Below, in pieces: positions 39,825 to 47,177 of a DNA stretch of 54,108 nucleotides (within the stretch, counting starts at the first letter, position 1; every line of letters starts with the position of its first letter). The notes below the pieces were generated by a model. That model searched no databases, was not told the origin of the DNA, and saw nothing but the letters and a program-made list of their open reading frames with translations. This DNA comes from an uncultured Bacilli bacterium (GTDB lineage Bacteria; Bacillota_I; Bacilli_A; RF39; UBA660). The stretch lies in the NCBI GenBank assembly GCA_947632685.1, contig CANRQD010000001.1, positions 1 to 54,108 on the forward strand, written 5' to 3'. The position numbers were made by a program, and so were the translations under genes.

Positions 39825-42132
39825 ACAAGATAAAGAAAAATTTATAAGACCAAATGGAGTACAAGATTGTATTCCAATTAAATCAATATATAAAGATGGA
39901 ATATTTGAAGTAAGTAAAAATAAATATAGTAAGTGTTTTAGATTTACTGATATTAATTATGCTGTTGCTTCTAGACCAGATAAAGAATCTATGTTTTTAA
40001 AATATTCTGAATTATTAAATTCATTAGATCCAGGTGCAACTTCGAAAATTACTGTACTAAATAGAAGATTAAATAAAGTAGATTATGAACATAATATTAT
40101 GATACCTAAAGCTAACGATTCATTAGATGAATATAGAGAGGAATATAATAAAATATTACTTGATAAAGCTTTAGGTTCTAACTCAATAATACAAGAAAAA
40201 TTTTTAACTATATCAGTAAATAAAAAAAGTTATGAAGAAGCTAAGACTTATTTTTCTAGAATAAGTGCTGATATATCTAATCATTTTAATGCTCTAGGTT
40301 CAAGATGTATAGAATTAGATGCTACAGATAGATTAAGATTGGTACATAACTTTTATCGTACTGGAGAAGAAAATATATTCACTTGGGATATGATTGATAA
40401 TATGAGAAAAGGTCATTCATTTAAAGATTATATTTCTCCAGATACATTTAGATTTGAAAAAGACTATTTTGAAATGGGAGATAAATTTGGTAGAGTCTTC
40501 TTTTTAAAAGATTATGCTTCATATATTAAAGATGATATGGTTGCAGAACTTACAGATTTAAATAGAAATTTAATGTTATCAATTGATATAATACCTATAC
40601 CTATGGATGAAGCAATAAGAGAAGTTGAAAATAGAAGACTTGGGGTTGAAACTAATATTACAAACTGGCAAAGAAGACAAAATAATAACAATAACTTTAG
40701 TGCTGTTATACCTTATGATATGGAACAACAAAGAAAAGAATCTAAGGAGTTTTTAGATGATTTAACAACTAGAGATCAAAGAATGTTTGTATGTGTATTA
40801 ACTATGGTATTAATAGCAGATTCTAAAGAACAATTAGAATTAGATACAGAAAGTTTATTAGCAACAGGTAGAAAACATTTATGTCAGTTAGCAATACTAA
40901 AGTATCAACAAAAAGATGGACTAAATACTTCAATGCCTTATGGTATACGAAAAATCAATGCATTAAGAACATTAACAACAGAATCACTTGCTGTATTTAT
41001 GCCATTTAGAGTACAAGAAATTAATCACGAAAATGGTATTTACTATGGTGATAATGTAATTTCAAAAAATATGATATTAGCAGATAGAAGAGAATTATTA
41101 AATGGTAATTCTTTTATTTTGGGTGTATCAGGTTCAGGAAAATCCTTTTCAGCCAAAAATGAAATAGTTTCAATAGCTTTAAGAGATCCGAATGCTGATA
41201 TTATAATAATAGATCCAGAAAGAGAATATCCTAAATTAGTAGAAGCACTAGGAGGAGAAGATATTCATATTTCTGCAACAAGTAATAATCATATAAATGC
41301 AATGGATATGAATGCCGATTATGGAGATGGAGCAAATCCAGTTATTTTAAAATCTGAATTTATTCTTTCTTTATGTGAACATTTAATGGGAAGCATTAAC
41401 TTAGGTCCAAAAGAAAAATCAATTATAGATAGATGTACCTCCAAAGTTTATCGTGTATATCAACAAGGCAATTATCAGGGTGTACCGCCAACTTTACAAG
41501 ATTTTAGAGAAGAATTATTAAAACAACCAGAAAGAGAAGCTAAACAAATAGCTTTAGCAATAGAGTTATTTACTAATGGTTCATTAAATACCTTTGCAAA
41601 AAATACAAATGTTGATACGAATAGTAGAATTATTTGTTATGATATTTTAGATTTAGGTAAGCAACTACTACCTATTGGAATGTTAGTTGTTTTAGATAGT
41701 ATATTAAATAGAATTACTGCCAATAGAGCAAAAGGAAGAAATACCTATATTTTTATAGATGAAATATACTTATTGTTTCAACACGAATATTCAGCAAACT
41801 TTTTATTTACTTTATGGAAAAGAGTAAGAAAGTATGGTGCATATTGTACTGGAATAACACAAAATGTAGATGATTTATTACAATCACATACAGCTAGAAC
41901 AATGTTAGCTAATTCAGAGTTTATAGTTATGTTAAATCAAGGTACAACTGATAGAACAGAATTAGCAAAGTTACTATCTATATCAGATACTCAAATGAGT
42001 TATATAACAGATGTAGGTGCTGGTAAGGGATTATTAAAAGTCGGTAGTTCACTTATTCCGTTTATTAATAAATTCCCATCAGATACTAAGCTTTATAAAT
42101 TAATGACAACGAAACCAGGAGAAGATAAATAA
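39787..42132 (+). CDS. VirB4-like conjugative transfer ATPase
   Basis: 781 aa, Walker A GVSGSGKS, Walker B IFIDEIY. The alternative start ATG 39799 is better spaced from the AGGAG RBS. Confidence 0.9.
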   Translation: MIRKMRTIRNLFKQDKEKFIRPNGVQDCIPIKSIYKDGIFEVSKNKYSKCFRFTDINYAVASRPDKESMFLKYSELLNSLDPGATSKITVLNRRLNKVDYEHNIMIPKANDSLDEYREEYNKILLDKALGSNSIIQEKFLTISVNKKSYEEAKTYFSRISADISNHFNALGSRCIELDATDRLRLVHNFYRTGEENIFTWDMIDNMRKGHSFKDYISPDTFRFEKDYFEMGDKFGRVFFLKDYASYIKDDMVAELTDLNRNLMLSIDIIPIPMDEAIREVENRRLGVETNITNWQRRQNNNNNFSAVIPYDMEQQRKESKEFLDDLTTRDQRMFVCVLTMVLIADSKEQLELDTESLLATGRKHLCQLAILKYQQKDGLNTSMPYGIRKINALRTLTTESLAVFMPFRVQEINHENGIYYGDNVISKNMILADRRELLNGNSFILGVSGSGKSFSAKNEIVSIALRDPNADIIIIDPEREYPKLVEALGGEDIHISATSNNHINAMDMNADYGDGANPVILKSEFILSLCEHLMGSINLGPKEKSIIDRCTSKVYRVYQQGNYQGVPPTLQDFREELLKQPEREAKQIALAIELFTNGSLNTFAKNTNVDTNSRIICYDILDLGKQLLPIGMLVVLDSILNRITANRAKGRNTYIFIDEIYLLFQHEYSANFLFTLWKRVRKYGAYCTGITQNVDDLLQSHTARTMLANSEFIVMLNQGTTDRTELAKLLSISDTQMSYITDVGAGKGLLKVGSSLIPFINKFPSDTKLYKLMTTKPGEDK

Positions 42133-42188
42133 TAAAATCGTTTAATGAATGCATTTTTGCATTCATTTTTTTTGAAAGAAGGTGAAAA

Positions 42189-43772
42189 ATGTCTGATATT
42201 AAAACTAAAGATAGAAAACCAAAAAGTATTAAAACAATAAATAGAGCAGGAGAGCTTACTAAAAAAATAAAAGATCCTGTTTCTTATTTAAATAGTAAAG
42301 TAGATGAAACATCGAATAGTAATTCAAACATATCAGATTATGGTAGTGATAAAATTAAAAATTATTCAAATAAAACAAAAGATGTAGCATTATATACAAC
42401 TAATAAGGTAAATAACTATATAAGACAGAAAGTTAAAAATCATATTAAGAAAAAACATATAAATTCAAAAACAATAAAAAATGCCAATAAAACAATTAAA
42501 ACTTCTGAAAAAGTAGTAAAAGAAACTGCTAAAGTAAGTAAACGAATTGTAGAGCAAGGTAGAAAACTAGCTATAGAAGGAGCAAAGAAAACAATACAAG
42601 GTATTAAAGTCATAACTAAAGTTACAGTTTCTGCTATAAAAACAATTATAGCAGGAATGAAATCATTAATAGGTATGTTAGCAGCAGGTGGTACTGCAGC
42701 TGTTATTGCAATTATAATAATTTGTTTTATAGGATTAATTGCCACTTCTATATATGGCATTTTTCTTTCAAGTGAGAAAACATCGAAAGATGGAATTACT
42801 ATGAAAGATGTAGTTGCAGAATGCAATCAAGAGTTTAGTGATAAATTAGAATTAATTCAAAATCAAACACCTCACGAAGCTTATGTTTTAGAAGGTAATA
42901 TGGCATCTTGGAAAGATATATTAACTATATATGCTATAAAACAATCTAATGGAGTTAATGAACAGGAAGTTATTACAATAGATGATAATAAAAAGGCAAT
43001 TATTAAGAAAATATTCTGGGATATGAATGAAATAACATATGAAGTAAAAACAGAAAATGTTGAAAATTCTAGAACCAATACATTAGAACCACCTACTATA
43101 GAAGAAAAAGAAGTTTTACACATATATATTAATAGTAAAACTGCTGATGATATGAAAGTATTATATAATTTTAATCAGGCTCAATTACTACAATATAATG
43201 AATTATCTAATAGTAAATTTGCTAATTTATGGAATGGAGTAATATATGGTTCAATTGATTCTGGAAAATATGCAACTTGGAGACAACGAGATCCAAAATG
43301 GGCTAGTATAAGAATGGGTAATTCTTCTGGAACTATAGGTAGTATTGGTTGTTTAGTAACATCAATTGCAATATTAATAGAAAAATCAGGTGTTAATAAT
43401 AAGATTAATCCATTTAATCCAGGTACTTTTGTTGAAGCTTTAAATAAAAATGGTGGCTTTGATTCAAATGGTAATCTTCAGTATGGAGCAATTACTAAAG
43501 TTGTACCAAGATTTAAATATATTGATAAAGTATACTTAAATAATAAATCAAGAGATGAAAAATTAGCATTAATAAAACAATATTTAGATTCAGGCTATTA
43601 TATTACAGCAGAAGTTCTTGGAGATACTCCAGGAAGTCAACATTGGGTTGCAGTTACTAAAGTTGAAAGTAATAGTATATTTATGATAGACCCTTCATCA
43701 GAACAGACGAATATGTGGAATGCATATAACTATGTTAATACATCACAATTTAATTATTTTATGGCAAGTTAG
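42189..43772 (+). CDS. Membrane-anchored conjugation cell-wall hydrolase (papain-like Cys peptidase C-terminal domain)
   Basis: It has a K-rich N-terminus, a central TM helix (LAAGGTAAVIAIIIICFIGLIATSIYGIF), and a C-terminal GSIGCLVTS...SQHWVAV Cys/His pair reminiscent of CHAP/C39/NlpC-P60. It sits in the usual position after VirB4. Confidence 0.6.
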   Translation: MSDIKTKDRKPKSIKTINRAGELTKKIKDPVSYLNSKVDETSNSNSNISDYGSDKIKNYSNKTKDVALYTTNKVNNYIRQKVKNHIKKKHINSKTIKNANKTIKTSEKVVKETAKVSKRIVEQGRKLAIEGAKKTIQGIKVITKVTVSAIKTIIAGMKSLIGMLAAGGTAAVIAIIIICFIGLIATSIYGIFLSSEKTSKDGITMKDVVAECNQEFSDKLELIQNQTPHEAYVLEGNMASWKDILTIYAIKQSNGVNEQEVITIDDNKKAIIKKIFWDMNEITYEVKTENVENSRTNTLEPPTIEEKEVLHIYINSKTADDMKVLYNFNQAQLLQYNELSNSKFANLWNGVIYGSIDSGKYATWRQRDPKWASIRMGNSSGTIGSIGCLVTSIAILIEKSGVNNKINPFNPGTFVEALNKNGGFDSNGNLQYGAITKVVPRFKYIDKVYLNNKSRDEKLALIKQYLDSGYYITAEVLGDTPGSQHWVAVTKVESNSIFMIDPSSEQTNMWNAYNYVNTSQFNYFMAS

Positions 43773-43855
43773 TCCTATTGTACTAACTTATATTTTTATG
43801 TATAGTAATAGGAAATTATCAAAAATAAACAAATCTTATATTATTTAATTTAATA

Positions 43856-43884
43856 TTGACTTTATTCGACATATTTGTTATATT
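43856..43884 (+). promoter_or_regulatory. Strong sigma-A-type promoter
   Basis: TTGACT (43856-43861), a 17-nt spacer, then an extended -10 TGT-TATATT (43876-43884). Confidence 0.6.
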
Positions 43885-43891
43885 CAAAGTG

Positions 43892-44096
43892 TCAGTTGAG
43901 TAGTATAGAAGTACAACTGATGCAGTAGACATTCGCTGGTATAGGGATGTCTTTTATACTGTTGTAAAAAATAATGTAATATGGTATTATTGAGTTGGTA
44001 ATTGGAAGAGTATTGCATATATAAATTATAATCAAATAGATTATTTCTATTTGATTATAATTTATATATAGAGATATATTTTTCTCTTTTTTTTTG
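43892..44096 (+). ncRNA. Candidate ~200-nt structured non-coding transcript or attenuator leader
   Basis: It lies downstream of the promoter above and contains no ORF with an RBS. Structures are hairpins TCAGTTG...CAACTGA and AGACAT...ATGTCT, a perfect 24-bp stem with a 5-nt loop (44017-44069), and a weak stem followed by a 9-T run (44070-44095). Confidence 0.4.
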
Positions 44097-44158
44097 CTAT
44101 TATATAGCATATTAAAAAAGGGGGACGTAAAGTATGATTTTATCATACTTAAAATTAT

Positions 44159-44620
44159 ATGAATAAAATGAATAATATTAGTAATTTGGAAACAATTGAT
44201 AATATAAAATTAAAACCTGAAACATTTGATAAATACTATAATAAAATTGTGATTATATGCAATGATTTACCTTATAATTTTAGAAAAAAATTAAGATATT
44301 TAAGAGAATGTTCTGGTAAGACAAGAGAAAAGTTAGAAGAAAATTCTCATATTAGTGTTCAAACAATTAAGGAAATCGAAACGAACAATAGTAGAGGATA
44401 TTCGTTAGAAACAATCATTGCTTTATGTATTGGTATGCACTTGCCGCCAGAATTTAGTTTTGAATTATTAAATAGTGCTGGTTTCACTATAGAGAATAAT
44501 AGCACCGAAAAAAATTGTATTTATTGTTTCATTTTAAGAAATATGTATAATTGTGATATTGATGAAATAAATGCTTTTTTATTAGCAAACAATATTCAAC
44601 CAGTATCAATAGATAAGTAA
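44159..44620 (+). CDS. XRE-family helix-turn-helix transcriptional regulator
   Basis: LRYLRECSGKTREKLEENSHISVQTIKEIETN is an HTH_3-type motif. A 10-codon uORF (ATG 44134, strong GGGGGA RBS) overlaps its start. Confidence 0.7.
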   Translation: MNKMNNISNLETIDNIKLKPETFDKYYNKIVIICNDLPYNFRKKLRYLRECSGKTREKLEENSHISVQTIKEIETNNSRGYSLETIIALCIGMHLPPEFSFELLNSAGFTIENNSTEKNCIYCFILRNMYNCDIDEINAFLLANNIQPVSIDK

Positions 44621-44693
44621 ATGGTACATTGGACATACTGTCATTACCTTTTTTTTTATGAGAAATTATTCATAGAAATGGAGGTGTTATATG
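44621..44693 (+). promoter_or_regulatory. 73-bp conserved element, copy A (upstream of lysis cassette)
   Basis: Ungapped 53/73 identity to 46391-46463. Conserved blocks are ATGGTAC, ATGAGAAATT and GAGGTGTTATATG. It ends 72 nt before ATG 44765. Confidence 0.6.
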
Positions 44694-44764
44694 ATATGAA
44701 TATTTCACATTTACTATTATAAATTCAATAATTTTCGCATTTTAGTTTGAGAGAGGGAATTTTT

Positions 44765-45070
44765 ATGAGTGTTAATTATTCATTAATTATATCTATTATT
44801 TGTACATTAATCACTTGTATTATAGCAGTTTTAACATATAAAAATGGTATAAGTAATAAAAATAATGAAGAAATAAAGGATAGAGTAAAAAGAGATACAA
44901 CAATATCAACAAAATTAGATATGGTCATTACTGGAAATACAGAGTTAAAAAATGATATTAAAAATATTGATGATAAGTTTGATTCTATGAGTGAGCGTGT
45001 CGCAAGATGTGAAGAAAATACTAATTATGCACACGAAAGAATTGATAAAATTGAAAACAAATTTAAGTAG
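44765..45070 (+). CDS. Holin-like/lysis accessory protein (N-terminal TM helix plus coiled coil; BhlA/UviB- or XhlA-like architecture)
   Basis: ATG 44765 behind a GAGAGAGGGA RBS (the track ORF starts at TTG 44747). 101 aa with TM helix LIISIICTLITCIIAVL, then a charged coiled coil ending ERIDKIENKFK. The family call rests on architecture and memory only. Confidence 0.5.
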   Translation: MSVNYSLIISIICTLITCIIAVLTYKNGISNKNNEEIKDRVKRDTTISTKLDMVITGNTELKNDIKNIDDKFDSMSERVARCEENTNYAHERIDKIENKFK

Positions 45071-45080
45071 AGGTGATTTT

Positions 45081-45311
45081 ATGAGTTATAAACTATATAA
45101 AAAGAAGTCTTTTTTAAAAAATGATATTGTTCAAAGAATGATAATAACGTTTATTGAAGGATTTTTAACAAGTATAATAGTTAGATTAAATTCTACTGCT
45201 AGTTATGATGTTACATTAATAAAGAGTATATTTTTTGGTGCTATTGCAAGTGGAATTAGTGCAGTATTAAATTTAATTTTAAAGCTTATTAATGGATGGA
45301 AAAATAAATGA
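45081..45311 (+). CDS. Phage-type holin, two TM helices
   Basis: ATG 45081 behind an AGAGGTGA RBS (the track ORF starts at 44991). 76 aa with the pattern VQRMIITFIEGFLTSIIV...LIKSIFFGAIASGISAVLNLILKLI, as in LL-H/Dp-1-type holins. Its stop overlaps the endolysin start (ATGA). Confidence 0.6.
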   Translation: MSYKLYKKKSFLKNDIVQRMIITFIEGFLTSIIVRLNSTASYDVTLIKSIFFGAIASGISAVLNLILKLINGWKNK

Positions 45312-46234
45312 TTAAAGGTCAAAAATCTGTCAGAAATGGTATAGAAGATTTTTTATGCCCTTTTACTGATATGTATATTTCTCAAGGTAGTAATGGAAGT
45401 CTTTCACATAAAGGAACAATGGCAAATGATGTTAGAGGAAGAGTAGCTGGAATCAGGTATGCATATTATGCACCTTGTACTTGTAAATGTTTAAAAACAT
45501 ATGCTTCAACAGGACAGGTTATGTGGCAAAGTATAAATAAAGTTAGATTTGCTAATGGTAGAATTGATTATGCTACTTTTATGACTTGTCACGATGATAC
45601 AATGAATGCTCGTGTTGGACAAATTGTTGCACAAGGTGAACAATTAGGAAATATGGGTACAAAAGGAAATGCAACAGGTGTGCATTGTCATATTGAAATT
45701 TCTCAAAGTTCGGATCCTAGTTGGAAGAAAAATATATATGGAATATACTGCTTTAATAATGAATATGATACCGATAGTTGCTATTTTGTTGATAATACAA
45801 ATATTATTAAAGGAAATGGTGGAAATTGGCGCACTACTACACAAATAAAAATAGAAGAGCAATCAGCACAAAATATAGCTGATCAAATATTATACGTAGG
45901 AAGTAAGGTAAAATTTGATGGAATTTTTAAAGTTGATATCATAAAGCGCAATACTAATTATTTTGGTTGTATACAATTAACAGGTGTTCCATATGATATC
46001 TATTATAAAGAACAAGCAAAAGATTATCATTGGTTACCAGCTGATGATTTTACAGAAGTTGATAAAAATGGAAGTACACTTGGACAAGATGATATTTTTC
46101 AGGGAGGAATATCTTATGTATTAAATAAAAACATATATGAGGTACAGCAAATAGATATAAAAACAAATTCTGCAAAATTAATAATGAATGGTCACGAAGT
46201 ATGGGTATTTAGTTCATTTTTATATGAAATATAA
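45308..46234 (+). CDS. M23-family metallo-endopeptidase endolysin with C-terminal SH3-like wall-binding region, no signal peptide
   Basis: GNMGTKGNATGVHCHIEIS matches the M23 GxxGxSTGPHLHFE (HxH) motif, with an upstream SHKGTMANDV His/Asp. It has no N-terminal hydrophobic segment and is coupled to the holin gene. Confidence 0.65.
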   Translation: MIKGQKSVRNGIEDFLCPFTDMYISQGSNGSLSHKGTMANDVRGRVAGIRYAYYAPCTCKCLKTYASTGQVMWQSINKVRFANGRIDYATFMTCHDDTMNARVGQIVAQGEQLGNMGTKGNATGVHCHIEISQSSDPSWKKNIYGIYCFNNEYDTDSCYFVDNTNIIKGNGGNWRTTTQIKIEEQSAQNIADQILYVGSKVKFDGIFKVDIIKRNTNYFGCIQLTGVPYDIYYKEQAKDYHWLPADDFTEVDKNGSTLGQDDIFQGGISYVLNKNIYEVQQIDIKTNSAKLIMNGHEVWVFSSFLYEI

Positions 46235-46269
46235 TATTATGTAAATTTATAATGAGTAATATGTGAAGA

Positions 46270-46295
46270 AAGACTAAAATTTTAGTCTTTTTTTA
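46270..46295 (+). terminator. Rho-independent terminator after the endolysin gene
   Basis: AGACTAAAA/TTTTAGTCT palindrome followed by a T run. Confidence 0.7.
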
Positions 46296-46301
46296 TTATC
46301 A

Positions 46302-46330
46302 ATGGTACTTCTAATGTACTTTTCCTAATA
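46302..46330 (+). promoter_or_regulatory. Extra partial copy of the ATGGTAC box
   Basis: ATGGTACTTCTAATGTACTTTTCC compared with ATGGTACGTTCTGAATACTTTTAATCC at 46391. It is a direct repeat 89-90 bp upstream of copy B. Confidence 0.45.
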
Positions 46331-46390
46331 AATATATATAACTTTTTTATAATTTTTTGTAATTTTATTATTGAAAATAATACTACATCA

Positions 46391-46463
46391 ATGGTACGTT
46401 CTGAATACTTTTAATCCTTTTTCAAATATGAGAAATTGTATTTAGAAAGTGAGGTGTTATATG
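46391..46463 (+). promoter_or_regulatory. 73-bp conserved element, copy B (upstream of tail-collar/RHS operon)
   Basis: See copy A. It ends 75 nt before ATG 46538. Confidence 0.6.
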
Positions 46464-46537
46464 TGGGCTAATAAATAATAATTTCGAGTAAATAGAATAT
46501 TAAAAAAATAAAAACTATATAGAAAGAAGGGAAAAAT

Positions 46538-47167
46538 ATGAAGGAATATGATTATATAATTGATGCTTTTACAAAAGAAGGCGAAAATACAAATTTAGAA
46601 GTAAATAATTTAACAGCAGGATGTATTACATCTAAAAATAATACATTTGAATTGGATAGTAATGGAAATCTTGTAGTTCAAAGTATAAGTGCTAAGAACC
46701 AAAAAATTGAATCTCAAATTTTGAGAGATTTTGTTTATCCAGTTGGTTCTATCTATATATCAGTTAATGAGACAAATCCAAGTTCATTATTTGGAGGAGA
46801 ATGGGAACAAATCAAAGATAAATTTTTATTATCTTGTAGTGATAATTTCAAGAATGGAGAAATAGGAGGAGAAGCAACTCATACATTAACACAAGAGGAA
46901 ATGCCTGCACATAGTCATAGTGCCAGTACAAATACTACAGGTAATCATAGACACACCTATACAGGTTGGTGGACTACTAATGGTGCAGGTTCTGAAAAAT
47001 ATGCTTGTGTAGCAAGAGGAGATTCTGGAGATTCACCTGAATATGGTACGTTTGCTGCTGCTGGTGATCATAGTCATACAGTAACTGTTAATAATACTGG
47101 TGGAAATAAAGCTCATAATAATATGCCACCATATCTTGCAGTTTATATGTGGAAACGTGTAAGTTAA
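46538..47167 (+). CDS. Phage tail-collar (MdpB-like) domain protein
   Basis: YPVGSIYISVNETNPSSLFGGEWEQI, GGEATHTLTQEEMPAHSH, NMPPYLAVYMWKR, and three HxH motifs (HSH, HRH, HSH). The RHS gene starts 11 nt after its stop. Confidence 0.75.
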   Translation: MKEYDYIIDAFTKEGENTNLEVNNLTAGCITSKNNTFELDSNGNLVVQSISAKNQKIESQILRDFVYPVGSIYISVNETNPSSLFGGEWEQIKDKFLLSCSDNFKNGEIGGEATHTLTQEEMPAHSHSASTNTTGNHRHTYTGWWTTNGAGSEKYACVARGDSGDSPEYGTFAAAGDHSHTVTVNNTGGNKAHNNMPPYLAVYMWKRVS

Positions 47168-47177
47168 GGAGGTTTTT

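Noticed and set aside
43892-44146. Minus-strand 84-aa ORF in the T4SS/cargo intergenic region
   Set aside because: Its reading frame runs through a perfect 24-bp palindrome and a T-run terminator. It has no RBS. The region is better explained by a + strand promoter and a structured RNA.
4269-44991. Long N-terminal extensions of track ORFs (4269, 4725, 9940, 18079, 18301, 27275, 27983, 31036, 31361, 38377, 44747, 44991)
   Set aside because: The upstream starts lack an RBS or overlap the preceding gene or its terminator. Internal ATGs with good Shine-Dalgarno spacing coincide with the conserved protein N-termini, so those starts were used instead.
44621-46463. Idea that the 73-bp elements are TcdR/UviA/BotR-type (group 5 sigma) toxin promoters, because GTTATA occurs in the conserved 3' block
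   Set aside because: The corresponding -35 position reads AAATT(A/G), not the TTTACA I recall for that family, and no such sigma gene is in the window. I keep it only as an alternative-sigma hypothesis, not as a call.
44765-47167. Interpreting the holin/endolysin/tail-collar genes as part of a prophage
   Set aside because: No capsid, portal, terminase, tail tube, tape-measure, integrase or repressor/antirepressor set flanks them. They are embedded between ICE transfer genes and an RHS toxin operon and share its upstream element. A decayed prophage origin cannot be excluded and is noted under the refutation criteria.
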